The notes: generated by a model not told the origin, from the letters alone. A DNA stretch of 63,993 bases, filler included, from Choristocarpus tenellus KU-1152 (GCA_964200185.2; 11 parts of 11 records of this genome joined end to end with filler, not necessarily neighbours in it), one strand, 5' to 3'. Counted from the whole stretch's first letter, positions 50,749 to 63,993 are shown. Numbers and translations are program-made.

Positions 50749-53202
50749 GGAACGTGTCCATTTTTTTTTGTAATAGTAGCATCGAGTGCGATGTGATAAG
50801 TATATTATTTTTTTGAAGAAAAAATAGTGTAAGAAAAGAATGTATAGATTAATGTATGTACAATGGAAGGCCGATGCGTAGAAAAAAAGAATGTAGTTTT
50901 TGTTTTGTCTTGAGTGTGTGTAGCGGTGTGCTTCTTTTTGTGTACCTTATTGAAGGGACTGTAGGAACGACATTCAAGGGTACAATGAATTTTGCGGTGG
51001 AGTTCTTGTGGTAGTATATTGACCTGCTTTATTTTTCTTAATTTTGTGGATATTTTTCGTCAGATGAAGTTTTTTTTATTGTTTTTTTTTTTTTTTTTAT
51101 ACTTGTTTTATTAGGGAATTTTNNNNNNNNNNNNNNNNNNNNNNNNNNNNNNNNNNNNNNNNNNNNTTAATTAATTAANNNNNNNNNNNNNNNNNNNNNN
51201 NNNNNNNNNNNNNNNNNNNNNNCCCCCCCCCACCTCCCTGCCTTTCCCTCCTTTTTTACATTTTTTATTTTCCATGCACCAGGAGACGTGCCACATTATA
51301 TATCTTTGCATGAGTGGTGTCTTTGCCTCTACTGGACTGGTAAACTTATTTTATTTCTGGAGCATGTATGTGTGGGGTCTGAGCACCCTTGTCTTTGGCC
51401 TTGACTGGTTGTAGAGGGAGTGCTGGTCTTTGGTGCGATGTTGCCTAGCAGGGGGCTGCCTGAAAGCTCAGGTGTATGGGACTTCGGGGGGGGTAATTTT
51501 GTATTGGTGGAGATTTGTCCATGTGACAGTGAGTGATCTTCCCCTCACACCTGCGCCACCCTCTCCCCACTCCCTTCTGCCTAGCATCGCTCAATTGTAG
51601 CTGATGAGTAGCATGGGTATGGGGGTGGGGGGTAAAGAGATGTTTTGAATGTTTTTTTGTTGGTTTTTTTCATATGTTTCCATTGTTTTAGCTGTGCAGC
51701 ATAAGCAAACTAGTGATACGGGAGCCGCATGTAAGGCAAAAGATGAGTGGATTAGTAGGGCTGGGAACAGTTTGGATAAAAGGGTAAGTAGAGGTAGGGG
51801 TATGGGAAGTGTTTTGTGATCACTCGTCTTGCCCCTGTATTCTTCCCCTCATTGGCCACTGTATGGTTTCCACATTACCTCCTAGTTGATTCACTGCCAC
51901 CCTCCGTTTCCTTATTCTTTGTGTGGGAATATGCTCTCAGCAATATGCTTGCGGTCACCTGAAGAGATAGAGCTCACAACATTACTACAGGGTAGAGATT
52001 GCTTGCCTTAACACAACTTGACTTGATAAAATCGGAGCGAGGTTGTTGCAGTTTGGAAGGGGAGAGGGGGGGAGAAAGAGTAAGAGAATTTTGAGACTTG
52101 GGGTGTTCAGGAGATCCCAGTCCTCTCAGATGCGTGCAGTAAGGCAACCGAGTTAGGATGGTAGTCACAATGTGTTTTTTTACCTAGTTGGTGTGGTATG
52201 TGCCTGCAGCGCTATAGCAGACTCCACTGCCTCTGCTGGGGATCCCCTTACACACTGTGACATGTATCCTGTAAGTACCAAGACACAACAAAGAAAATTA
52301 TAAGAAGAGGCTAGCTACCAAGATAAATGATTAATTTCCGGTGTGGGAAGCGAGCAATATCAATACAATATTTTTTGCTTTATTTTATCTGTCGTTGTAG
52401 TGCCAGCTAACTCTTGTGCAGGCAACTGTGAGGACTTCCATCGTTTTTAATGGATCCAATGCCCGTATGGACTTTGCATGGTCTACATGATACATATTAG
52501 ATCACCCTCCCGGGTGGAGGTTTCCTATGGCTGGGTTAAGTTCTTGTCTGAGAATTTACTTCCGAACTTTGACTTGTGATGGAACTGTTCTATACCACAT
52601 TTCTCCAAAACAACTTTAAAGAGACATCAATTGAGGTCAGGGTGACATTTCCTAGATTTTTTGGGGTCTTCTGTGAAACGGAATTGAAACCGACTTTTTC
52701 TTACGTAATTTGGGACATACGTCCCGATCAAATAGTGGAAGAAACGCAGGGGAACATCTCCTGCGCAATTTTGAAGGTTACGACTTCAAAACGGACAAAA
52801 ATGAAGTAGTTGGCTGAACTCCTTGCAAAAACCTGGTTCGGGGTAGGTCGTTGCCCAAGTTTGGCGGTGTGGCGATACCGAGAAAAAGACAAGATTCGCG
52901 GACATCTTTTTGAAGCCCTTTGCAGACTTTCTGTCAGCACACACACGCGTGACTTACACAGCAACATAACCACAACGGTGAGAAAAGGAGAGCCGCCAAG
53001 GCCACTCTGTCCCCTGGATCTACCCTTGGCACCTTCTCTGTCAAGAGGCGATGGAAAAGCAAGTACTGTCTGAAACTCAGTGGGATGATAGGTGACGAGA
53101 AAGTGCGAGTAGTGTGGCGTCTTGTTAACTGTAGCGATCCCTTCAATATATTGAAAGGCATGATAAGTCATCTCTTTCTAAATGTATCATTAAGAGTTGG
53201 TA

Positions 53203-53866
53203 CTACCTCTGTGCCATAAGTTTGTACCGCAAAACATCTGGGCTCGCCAAGTGAGAACGGCGCTGATCGGACGATAACCCCACAGAATGAAATTCGGGTT
53301 GACAATCTCAGCTTTCAGAAAAGGTGAGGGTCGAGGATCATCAGGTACAAACACGAGGTGCTTCAAGCCGTCAAAGTAGGGGTCGTTTGGGGTCGTTTGG
53401 GGTGATTTAGAGGCCAGAACTGGGCACGTCCAGGGTCTGAATATCGGCATGGCAACCCCCCTGTCGACCCCCCTGTGTAGGAAGGGTGCCCAAGTGGCCC
53501 TGATTACTAGGGTTGCGCTTGCAGTGCAGCACGCCCTTGCGATGGTCCCTGGTGAGCATAAACATGTTGGGCCGACCCTTGCAGCGGAGATTGGAGTGTC
53601 TGAGTGTTACATTCGAGGGCTCAAGGAGGAAGTCGCCGATCAGCTTGCCCGTGGCCACACGCCTGACCTCGGGGTGGTGGCACGTAGTGGGCGGCCTTCG
53701 GAGCTCACACCGACCAAGATGGTCGCAATACATAGCATCAACTCCGATAATCGGTCATCCACAGTGCGTCAGGTGACAATGAAGAAGATGGCTGCCAAGG
53801 GACTGAATTATGGGCGCCAAGGGGCTGAATACAGCATGAGCACCATAAACAGGTGGTTGGATGATA
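53203..53866 (+). mobile_element. 5' part of a Tc1/mariner DNA transposon
   Basis: TA followed by CTACCTCTGTGCCATAAGTTTG, matching the 13301 MITE right TIR at 19 of 22 bases, upstream of a transposase N-terminus. Confidence 0.8.
53449..53866 (+). CDS. Tc1/mariner transposase N-terminal HTH region, truncated by gap
   Basis: LAAEIGVS (first HTH), RSGRP linker, STVRQ...SMSTINRWL (second HTH). Catalytic domain not visible. Confidence 0.75.
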
Positions 53867-54489
53867 NNNNNNNNNNNNNNNNNNNNNNNNNNNNNNNNNN
53901 NNNNNNNNNNTTAATTAATTAANNNNNNNNNNNNNNNNNNNNNNNNNNNNNNNNNNNNNNNNNNNNCCTTCCCCCCCTCCCCACCTCCCCCCAAGGCTAA
54001 TAACAGCCGCAGACCTGAAGAAGGCGAGGCTTGTCCCTGTAACAGTTCTAGGAAGACAAACGTGTTTAAATTTAAATTTGAACTTTTTTCAAGAGGAAGA
54101 TGGTGAGAATTACACAGTTTTGGAAGGCGATATTTTCCAAGATTGCTCTGCGTGGAAAAAAGCCTGAAGTTTTTTTTATGAAAAATAGTGGATGGTTTCC
54201 ACATTTGATGCAAATGGATGTGTTGGAGATTGTATGATTCGTAACGACCATGGTGTGTCTGCCCCAGAGGTGTGGTCTTCAGCTGAGAATTACTGGAAAA
54301 AGAACTAACTGGGTAGTTCTTGAAAATCACTGATTGATGCTCTCGAGCCTCATCATTAAAAAAGAAAAATGTGTGCTTTTTGTGCGATTTGTGGATTTTT
54401 TAGATTTTTTAGATTTTTTAGATTTTTTTATTTTTTTTGGGGGGGGGGGCGGAGGGGTGAAGAGTCACCCGCTCTGTAACTAACTGCCT

Positions 54490-54960
54490 TTGCATCAAAA
54501 TGTACTGAAAGCTCCCTGCTAAAGTCGGCAAAGTGTAGGACTATTTTTTGGGGGCAAATTCAAGTTCTTGTTCGAAGGCGTGTACGTGGTGAGGACTATT
54601 CCCAGTATGGGGCAAACCTCTGTAGTAGTGAAGGGTGCAGGGAGTGCTTTGGATGGCTTCAATGTGCACATTAAGATAAGTTTTGGATGTCGGTGTTGCT
54701 GTGTAGTAGGAATCGTGATTGACTTGAAAACAAGTGCTCAACCATATTGAATTCTTGGGGGGGTCCAATGTTGCGATTTGGATTAATTTTTCTGGCTTTT
54801 CTTCAAGTTGAACCTGGTGATTATTGATTAAGAGCGGAAAAAGCCTGTGCAAGAACCAAAGAAGTAATTGGTGATTGTGTCTCCAGGCATGAGAAGTGCT
54901 ATGAGATATAGTCCAGTTGACATAGAAGCCCTGGTGTGGTGTGAAGATGTGATGAGGCAA
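54490..54960 (-). mobile_element. Possible Ty3/gypsy RT-RNase H junction remnant
   Basis: VLHFADFSRELSVHFDAK resembles VL..PDF.+.F.+HTDAS; the rest is unrecognisable. Confidence 0.35.
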
Positions 54961-55025
54961 GGAATATATGGTTAGAAATGTCCAGGGTGGTCCACACGAA
55001 ATGGAGTGTAGAACAAATATCCCTC

Positions 55026-55226
55026 CATGACAGTTATGTGACAGTTACATGACAGTTACATGACAGTTACATGACAGCTAGTTGGAAGTCACGTAACAGT
55101 TACATGACAAGTTACATGGCAGTTACATGCAGTTACATGACAGTTACATGACAGCTAGTTGGAAGTCACGTAACAGTTACATGACAAGTTACATGACAGT
55201 TACATGACAGTTACATGACAGTTACA
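55026..55226. repeat. 11-bp tandem repeat (CATGACAGTTA) with a duplicated interruption
   Basis: Read directly; gctagttggaagtcacgtaa interruption occurs twice. Confidence 0.9.
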
Positions 55227-55664
55227 ACGAGGTGTCTTCTAATAAATCTCACCTTAGAGCCACTGAGAGGTGGTGGTAGGCAGACTGAACTATTGCTACT
55301 GTTATTGCTATTGTTACAACCTCGGCACCTCTAATATAGTCCAGGGCTCTTTTGGTGTGTTGCTCGAGGTCGGATCTTAGGAGTGAGGTTCTTGTTGGTG
55401 TGACACGGAAGTCGACACAGGAAGGTGTCAATGAGGGCTGCGTTTTCTGGTGTCAATGGTGACAGGGGAGTCCTGAGGGTTTTGGGTGTTATTCAATGTT
55501 ATCATCTATATTTGAATATATCTATATTTGAATATATCTATATATATTTGAATATATCTATATTTCTGATCCACCGATGGACCCATCAGTAGCATCCCAA
55601 ACGCAGGCAGGGGTTTGTGATATATGGGGGCCTGATCAACAGGTTTGAGTTCGGGGGTTTCTCC

Positions 55665-55870
55665 TTCTTAGCATTATTATTCTTAGTATTATTATTCTCA
55701 GTAACATTGTTCTTAGAACTGTTGTTCTTAGCATTATTGTTATTCGTAGCATTATTGTTATTCGTAGCATTATTGTTATTCTCAGTATTATTATTCTCAG
55801 TACTATTGTTCTTAGTGCCATTGTTCTTAGTACTGTTGTTCTTAGCATTATTATTCTTAGTATTATTTTC
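55665..55870. repeat. 18-bp tandem repeat (TCTTAGCATTATTGTTAT-like)
   Basis: About 11 degenerate units; accounts for the periodic ORFs on both strands. Confidence 0.88.
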
Positions 55871-57229
55871 CGTCTAGTGCGATCCGTGTGGGGTTTGGGC
55901 CCGAGGTAGGTATTCGGAGAGCTTGATCATGCGATGTGGAATCCTGACATCAAGAAGTTCAAGCTGAAAGAAAGGTTTCACATTTTTGAGCACACATTTG
56001 AGTTGTGAAACCTTTAACATTTTTGAGTTGTGGGACAAGTGTATCGGGCCTGGTACAAGTACAAGTACAAGGGCGGGACTCAACCTTAGATGGAACCTAG
56101 GTTGTCAGTGGCAAGCTGGCCGGTAGGGCTGAGGGAAGGCCCTGCTATGGTGGTTAACAGGTGATATTCCTGGGTTTGTGTGATGGATGTTGTATAGGAG
56201 GTCACGATGCGGATGTTGGTTGATCGCAGATGGGTGAAGTCCCTCCATGACAGCGGGAGCTGCATTGCCAAACAAATTTGTCATGGTACTCTAGTCCAGC
56301 AAGCGACTGCTGTGTGTGGTGATGGACCCAAGATGAGAGAGCCTAGTTAGTGGTGGTGCAAGATGGGGGGCGCTTGTTCTGGAAGGTGGGCAGGTTAATT
56401 TAGACTGTTTCGGTGTAGCTCAAGCTGCCACATTCTGATCATTCTTGTGTTAGGTCAATCCTGTGTCTTAGGAGAGAGAGGGGGACACTCTTCGCAGTAG
56501 TGGATGAGCTAGTTACGAGATGAGCGATGGGTTGAAGTATCTGGGCGGGGGGGNNNNNNNNNNNNNNNNNNNNNNNNNNNNNNNNNNNNNNNNNNNNTTA
56601 ATTAATTAANNNNNNNNNNNNNNNNNNNNNNNNNNNNNNNNNNNNNNNNNNNNCCCCCCCCCCCCCCCCCAGATACTTTGACCCTGAATCTTGTGACATG
56701 CTCTGCATAGATGCAGGTTGAGCACCATAGTGTCGTGTGCTGGTCCTTAGTGCACTAAAAATAAATTAAATTGTACATGCTCTACGTAGGGGCTTGTTTC
56801 CTTGCGAAGGTTATAGATGTACTAATCTGTATATATCCCATCCAGTTGCGTGCAAAGATACACTTATTGCGGAGTGAATTCGTAGTGTAAGTGGGAGTGT
56901 TACCAGTCAAGATTCTTAAAAGTCGATCCAACTAAGAGGTAGATAAAGATGCATTAAAAGGATCACAACAAAAGGCAAGAATATGACACTCTGTAAAATT
57001 GCAGAAGAGCCATTGCAGATTTGTGATATCACATTGTGTGCGGAGAGGGGGAATGCAATTTTTCTATACACTATTGTGCAAATAAATGAATTAAATAGGT
57101 TGCACTGGATAGGGAAAGAATTACGACTTCGAATGTGAAAGGGTCCAAATCTGCCTACTTCTCGATTGTCCCAAAAACATGCACTACTGTTATTTTCTGG
57201 TTCGGAAAAATGAAAGAGACCTAATCTAA

Positions 57230-58227
57230 CTGTGAGTAAAGTCATGTATCCATCTACTGAGTTTGTATGATGAAGAATATCGGCTGGTTCCAGGGATCGA
57301 GCGTACTATCCTTATACATACTAAACAGTGAGTCATACTCACATACTACATATAGAGAGGTTCCTATCTGATCTAACCGCTTACACACTAAGCGACCAGC
57401 ACTAGTTGACGAACCATCAGTCAGTGCTAATCGATGATTCTGAACTGTATCTTTGTGTGAAGAAAATAATAGCTTATGATTTAGGAGATTTATCTGTCAA
57501 ACACAAGCCTGATAAGCTACATGTTATATCTGACACTTTATATCGTAATTTCAAGTTTGAGGAACAGGATAATTCCGTTGCTCCAATGCTCGCACCCATT
57601 TGTTGTAATGTAGTCGTTTATGTACTACATGCATTCAAAAGGAATATGAGTTGTCTGCTTCTAACCTTAACCAAGCAACGAGTATCCTAAGTGATTATTT
57701 ATCTATTTACAATTAGAGTCCCACTACTATATTTCCTACAATGTGATTGTTAATGCATTTTTTATTGAAATTCCAATATTGCGTTTCCTACAGTGGACCT
57801 GGGGCAACTGGACAAGGAGCAGGAGTTTAGGTTTGAACCATATTTCAGGTATTTGCAGCCCCCCAGTGTCACCCTACCACCTGATAAGGAATCGACGACG
57901 TCTATGTCGTATTTTCCCTTCATAATTGCTTAGTGCATCCTTTGTATTTCCCAGTTCATTTTAATAAGAGTAGCACGTTTAGAGACCAGTTGGTCGTTCC
58001 TCGCTCGTTAGTCCGCCTTGTACTTCACAATTGCCATCATTATGCACTGTCTGAAGACCAATAAAGTTCCAAATCCACGTTCGATAAGGTTAGAGACTCG
58101 TATTGGTGGCCAATATTCAATATCGATATTCGTACATGGTGCCATGATCGTCAGGCATGCCAAACGTGTAAGCCTCAAGGAAATCCTGTGTTAGAGAGAG
58201 TACGCGCTACGTTGCATTCTATGCTAG

Positions 58228-58264
<37 letters not shown>

Positions 58265-59020
58265 CACTGCTGAGGATACCTGGTTATTGTTACTGCCTCT
58301 TGTGCAGATAGCCCATAACACTGCTTTCAGTGCAAAGTTGCATGGAATCCCGTTTTTCCTTCTGTTTGGAAGACAACCTCATTTACCTATTCATATCATC
58401 CTTGGTTTGTCTAATGCTGATTCAGATGTCACCACTGAAGAGTGTATTAAGCAAGCCAAAGATATTTTACAGCTTGCATTTGAGTTGGCACGCGGTAACC
58501 TCCATGAACACGTTAAAAATCACGGTTGTGCCAATCAATGTTCGTGTTCCTTATTTCCATACCCGGTGATATTGTCCCAGTCCATAGGCCACATGAAAGT
58601 ACTGATGGTCCGAATCCGAGGTTCATCCTTGGAGGATTCCATATGAAGTACATTCAGAGGTATCACCCATCGTGGTCAGGTCGTATGAACAGGAAACCTC
58701 GTCTAATTTCCGTTCATCTGGGTAGAATGAAATGCTAATATCCTCCAAGTCCAGCCTCTCAAACCAGATTTGAATGGAATTGATTATTTGCTTCTGAGAA
58801 AACTGCTACCATTGCTGGATATACATCATCAAGTCCTCTCAACCCGTTATCGGACAGTACTATTAATAGCACTGTTGGACATAGACTTGGTCCTGGTCGC
58901 CGTTTGTCTACAAATGTTGCCTATCGCATTCATCTTTGTGGCTATGGACCCTCCAGTGACCTTCTCAAAACAGTAGAACAGATACCACGATGCCTTGAAA
59001 TGATTGCAGCCTGATGTGCT
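57230..59020 (+). mobile_element. Degenerate Ty3/gypsy pol (RNase H end and integrase)
   Basis: HKPDKLHVISDTL; QLVVPRSL..VLHNCH...TFDKVRDSYWWP...C..ACQ; ERVRATLHSML; W..LLPLVQIAHNT...PFFLLFGRQPHLP. (TA)n insertion and deleted core. Confidence 0.85.
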
Positions 59021-59427
59021 GTAAATTGATCGGACAATCAATAAAGTTATCGTCCCACACAGTGTCGACTTGAGAATACATATTTACCGTCACCATATTC
59101 CTTTGCATAGTCTGCATATCTTGTAGAGTCACAATAGTGTAACCTATCGTCGAAGTGAAGAGGTTACTCGATATATGTCTGGTACAGATCCTCGTCATTT
59201 TTTTTATGACTTGTGTATCTTGGCCTAGATCTCGTGTTACCCACACATCATTATCCTTTACAGGTTGATCATATTGTTTAGACAATTGTTTGTGTGTCAT
59301 ATTATCATAGATGGGTATAGTCTATCGTTTCGTAAAGAAGTAAGATAACTGGTAACAGATTTCAGTTACCCTGTTCATTACCAGCTTTAACTTGACATTT
59401 TGTGTTTACCAAGCCTGTCAATCCTTT

Positions 59428-59701
59428 GAGTCAACGTATCACAGAGGGTAGAGCCGCGTCTGTTTAAGGCCCAAAATCCAACGTTGTAATTTTTATGTAG
59501 TTTTGGCTATCGTGTTTGTTAGGAAGTGTCCATATCCTTGTTCTGGGCACACCTCTATATAGTTTTATTATACATGATACCCTACTCCGAAACCTACTCC
59601 GAAATATTTCAGAGTAGGAAAATGTAATAAAAAACCCGTGGGAAGCCAAGCCCCAAACGAACAACAGATCAAAACTTGTACCCTCTAAGATACGTTGACA
59701 A
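59428..59701 (+). mobile_element. MITE family 1 copy, TSD TTT
   Basis: GAGTCAACGTATCACAGAGGGTA ... TACCCTCTAAGATACGTTGACAA; TTT on both flanks. Confidence 0.82.
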
Positions 59702-60369
59702 TTTGCAAATAGACTACGCATATAGGTTGGTCGCTCTCTAGATAAATTAACCGCAATATGTTTATCTCTTAACTTTCCTCGTTTGCATGAGTAGACACAC
59801 GCAGTGGCGGAGAGGCCGTATCACGGACCACACTACCAGTTATGCGTGCTAGAGGTGGTTGTTCATTAAATCATGTCTTGTTTTCATGAAATATATTTAT
59901 TGATCATGAAACGACTAACCCCATAAAATAAAATGTAATCATCAAAGATTCAAGCCTACCACTAGGTAAGTAGTGATGGACGCTTCAAGTAAGTCACATT
60001 TGTTTTTTGTTTTTGAGTGTCATGATTCGCCTGACATGATGTAATGACCGTAAAATCACCTCGTATCGTTTTGAGAGTTGAGCAAACATCGTATGTCCCT
60101 TGCGCCGTCCACTCGGAGTATTGTAGACGTTGTGAGCAATATTTCCAATGATATCCGAATGTGAGGAAGGAGAATTGTTCACACATCGCCTATTAATCTC
60201 GTCGTTTGCTGTGTTGATTTTTGATCACGTACACGTCCTTGTGTTTTCACACATTGGAGTGCTGATCATCTAGCAACGTCAGATCATAAACGCTCGTCAA
60301 CAGTAGTTATTGACATCCAACTCGCTCCTCGTATCCCTATTATTTAGTATCCTCAGTTCATACGTATAA

Positions 60370-60404
<35 letters not shown>

Positions 60405-60787
60405 TAGTCCCATATACCTCTCTACTCGTATTCAGGCTGACCGCACGGTCGATCCCTAACCCTCAGACCTTGACCAGGACCTTGATGCGATGCTGACCAT
60501 ATCCATCAACCTTACTTTAATTTAGGCTGACTGATATGTTGATCCTATATACTCAGATTTCGTAGGCTTGATTGGTATGCTGACTCCACACCAATGATAT
60601 ATCCCAATCAGATATTCATTAATGTCATGATATCAGATTACCCTTCATTTTGTATCATGAAGCTGCGTAAATAATAGCGGAATAGTATACGAACAATCAC
60701 ACCCGTTTCCCATTTTGCTTCTACAACTCACCTTTTGATCTCGAATCATGTTTACATAGTTTCAAGGCTGATCAGAAGGGGGGGTGA

Positions 60788-60991
60788 TGTGGAAAGCAGG
60801 TTTGTCTGTTATCGTACCGATATTGTCCTATGTAATATACCGTTATACTCATTTAAGGTTCCTCATATTCTCTTTGTGGTGATGTCTTGACATTATGATC
60901 TTCTTACATGACATCCTCCCCACTATGGAATCCTGCGTATTCTCTTCAGTTTTTATACTAATATTATATTTTATTATTACGCCCTCTGACA
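60788..60991 (+). repeat. Candidate 3' LTR of the gypsy remnant
   Basis: Purine tract AGAAGGGGGGG just before TGTGGAAAGCAGG; the first ~70 bp recur at 14983-15050; possible CA end at 60991. Confidence 0.45.
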
Positions 60992-61049
60992 TTTTGCAGA
61001 TGTGTCAGGGGGGAAACCGATCAGAACTACATGTTTTTTAAGAGGGCAT

Positions 61050-61381
61050 GTGCTTCGGCTTTCTGCACAGACTGGCGCCCCTACCTTGAGGAATTTTTTG
61101 GGCGATAGGACAATTCGGTGTCGGGGTCCCAAATGGCATCGAACATGCACTCCTGGATATCCGCCTGAGGAATGAGTGTGGAGAATGGGTCATCAATCTG
61201 GACGGAAGGAATGCTTTCAACAGCGTACGCCGCTCAGCCTTCATCCAGGCCCTCCCAGAGACCCTACCAAGCCTCCTACCTTACGTTTCCATATGGGAAT
61301 ACAAGGAATCTTCTTTTCCCCCTAGATGAAGGAGGGACGAAGATTCTATCGAGATCTGGGGTCCAACAGAGAGACCCACTA
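61050..61381 (+). mobile_element. CRE-clade non-LTR reverse transcriptase fragment
   Basis: GQFGVGVPNGIEH; LDGRNAFNSVRR; LPSLLPYV; SGVQQRDPL. Frameshifted and cut by the gap. Confidence 0.8.
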
Positions 61382-62650
61382 NNNNNNNNNNNNNNNNNNN
61401 NNNNNNNNNNNNNNNNNNNNNNNNNTTAATTAATTAANNNNNNNNNNNNNNNNNNNNNNNNNNNNNNNNNNNNNNNNNNNNATGTGGGGTTGTAGTTTTA
61501 AGAAAATTTTTTTGTCTGTAGGTGTATATGGAAAGCGAGGGGGCGCGCCCCCCCCCCCCCCCCCCAGATACTTTTTGTGTCCAATGTCAACAATTGTAAG
61601 GTTGAGGGAGCTAGAGGACATGATACAATTGGCTGTGTACTCTCCTTATTTGAACCATCAGTGTAGGGCATTCCACATCACACTAGCCGCTTGCAAGTTG
61701 TTCATTGTGCAACATCTGCCCTAATTTGCTTCTTTTTTTTCATTTATTCAGTTGCTGTGTATTTGCAAAGACTGAGTGTGTAGCGCGGGTCGGGTCGTCT
61801 CTTTATGTGCACCAAAGAAATAAATTGACTCACGTTCTTGCACCTGGGCGTCCTGCTTGAAAATCCCTGAATTGGGCGGTCTTCAAAATGAAGGGGTGGT
61901 GAGATGTTGTGATGGCGAAAAAGTTCATGGCTGACAATAAAAGGTATAGCAACAATGGTTTTGTGCAATGTCAATGCTGTTGCCGAGGACAAGAATGGGC
62001 ATCTTTTTTTTGTTTGCTGTTGTTTACCGGCTCTTTTTTTGGTGTGCGGTGTGGAGGGTCATGGATGTGAGCTGGGAGTGAACCTCTAACCGGTGAGAGA
62101 GTGAAGATGATGATAGTTTGGAAACGATATTTCATGCTATTATCACCGTTTTTTTGTGTTGTTCAGAGGTGGGACAGGCGGATGCATTAGTGCTCTGTGA
62201 AGCCCCCACCCTTTGTGTGCCACCGGAGGTGCTACAATCGTTAATATACTCCAGGTGCTCGGCGGAGTGCTGTGTGCTCCAGTAATTGGTATGTTAGGTA
62301 TTTGGTTGAGGCAATGGCCGGACTACAGATTCGTGTTATTGCGGAGCAGTTGTGCAAACAGTGGGGTCATCTTGTCATGGTTCAGTATAGTAGTGGTAAG
62401 AGCGTTTCAGTCAGGAGGACTACTCCCTCGCTGTACTTGTAACACTATTATCCTATTGTGGAGGTGTTTTGTTACTCTAATCTCATGCATGATTGGCCAC
62501 CTCACACTCACACCCTACGATTTTGTGTCTTCCCCGTCCCCTCCGCAAGCCCCTTCCAAGCAAAGCTAGTAAGGAACTCTAAAACCTTAGTATCTCCCTT
62601 CCCCGGTCTGGTTTCAACTTGCTTGCCAATCAACACAAACTGGGACAAAG

Positions 62651-63367
62651 ATTCACCCGATGGCAGGGCAAGGACTCAACCTCGGCATGGCAGATGCTGC
62701 GGGGCTTGCAGATGCTATCCTGGATGGAGTTTGCTCTGGCACTGACCTCGGCTCTGTGACTATCCTTGATCGCTACGAGCAGAAGCGGAAGGTGCGACTA
62801 TCCCTAACCCTAATTTTTGTCGGGTAAGGGGTTGGGGGGGAAGGAGTGTTTGGTAAGAACGCGTGTATGAGAGGGCCTTGCAGACACGTGGTAGACTTGT
62901 ACCAATTTCCATAGGTAGAGTTATTGGGGTGGTTGTTGCGCACAGGATAATTGTACCTGTTGGTGCTTGTGTTTTGGAAACGGTCATGGATTGGGAGGGA
63001 GGGGTGATACCGAGTCGCTTCCGTGGAAGCTTCTGATCTGTGTAGGGTGTGCATGTGTACAGTGCATACGTGTTCTAATGTGTACAGTGCATATACCTTC
63101 TAATGTATACAGTGCATACACCTTCTAATGTGTACAGTGCATACACCTTCTAATGTGTACAGTGCATACGCCTTCTATGCATGTTATTGAATTATATCGT
63201 TGCTCTCTTTTTTTTGTTTCCTTTGGTTTCTGCTATGCCCTTTAGCATCGCTTCTGGTGTTCTTACAGTCCGAGCACACACAATTTGTACCTGCAGTGAT
63301 GTAGATCGCCTCTGTCGCGTCCACAGCTCGCTGTGATGGGACAGAGGGTGTGGTGCAGGGGGATGTG

Positions 63368-63401
<34 letters not shown>

Positions 63402-63848
63402 AAGATGAATAGCTGAGCAAGCAGCTTCTGCATGCACCCTTGTGAGCATGGACGTGCATCCTGAAGTTGTTGAGAGTGAAGGTCGTGGTGGACCCTCTTT
63501 AAGAAGAGTGTAGCCTATCACAAATTTTCTCACTACAGGCAGAATTATGCCTGTGTTCGTTTCTCGATCCGTTCTGTTCTCATCGGCTGCTCCCTCAAAT
63601 ATGTTCTTGCCACCTGTTCCCCTCCTCTTTTTTTTAAATGTTTTTTTCCTCTTCCTTATCCATGGGATTGGATGCAGGGAGAGGCTCTGTTGATGATGGG
63701 GATGCTCGAGACTCTTCACCACCTGTTTGGTCACGATGGGCGAGGCGTTTCTGCCCTACGTAATGCTGGTCTGACCGCTCTCAACGCACTTGGACCACTC
63801 AAGGACTTGATAACACAACGTTCTATGAGGGGATCGAGCAAATATTAA
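62651..63848 (+). CDS. COQ6: Ubiquinone biosynthesis monooxygenase COQ6 (UbiH family), last two exons
   Basis: Exon 62651-62791 (IHPMAGQGLNLGMAD...GTDLGS..LDRYEQKRK) and exon 63678-63848 (MMGMLETLHHLF...ALRNAGLTALNALGPLK...stop). Phase-0 GT-AG intron. Both exons are absent from the ORF track. Confidence 0.88.
63055..63178. repeat. 25-bp tandem repeat x5 in the COQ6 intron
   Basis: gtgtacagtgcatacaccttctaat units. Confidence 0.9.
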
Positions 63849-63993
63849 GGGTGCAAGAATGGGTTTATGAAGTGGAGGATGCATGACCTTGTTTCGCTTG
63901 TGCTTTGTACGCACTCTCCTTGGCAAGATCGTTGAGTACACACAGTTCATTTCAAGCGATGTGCTTGTGAGCGCTTCCCCCTCCCCCTCCCCC

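Noticed and set aside
52210-52270. Possible isolated exon (CAG...GTAAGT)
   Set aside because: No recognisable peptide or partner exons.
55617-55877. Hydrophobic membrane-protein-like ORF
   Set aside because: It is the translation of an 18-bp tandem repeat.
56529-56684. Matching TIR ends on both sides of a linker, suggesting one element spans the gap
   Set aside because: Flanks are GAT and TGA, so there is no 3-bp TSD, and the linker is artificial.
62167-62273. Possible upstream COQ6 exon (PPEV)
   Set aside because: The expected intervening GDAAH exon was not found and the boundaries are ambiguous.

Overview
Eukaryotic, intron-rich, transposon-dense DNA; a stramenopile or brown-alga-like origin is inference only. 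The window is 11 separate contigs joined by ten identical 100-bp artificial linkers (44 N + TTAATTAATTAA + 44 N), so adjacency across a linker means nothing. Three host genes can be reconstructed by hand from spliced exons: a 9-exon internal part of condensin I subunit CAP-G (minus, 251-~8226), three exons of an Oxa1/YidC insertase (plus, 38276-39789) and the last two exons of a COQ6/UbiH monooxygenase (plus, 62651-63848). Mobile DNA includes: a near-complete but mutated tyrosine-recombinase retrotransposon (gag-RT-RNaseH-YR, no methyltransferase, Ngaro-like) plus a separate solo unit joining its 5' and 3' ends; two Ty1/copia families; Ty3/gypsy, CRE-type and RTE-type remnants; a Tc1/mariner transposase with a matching Stowaway-like MITE; and two related MITE families with 3-bp, non-TWA target-site duplications. 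The least explained feature is a 2.8-kb uninterrupted ORF with three PHD fingers, paired head-to-head with a decayed gene, which may be chromatin-reader cargo of a large DNA transposon. All calls are from visual motif recognition; no searches were run.
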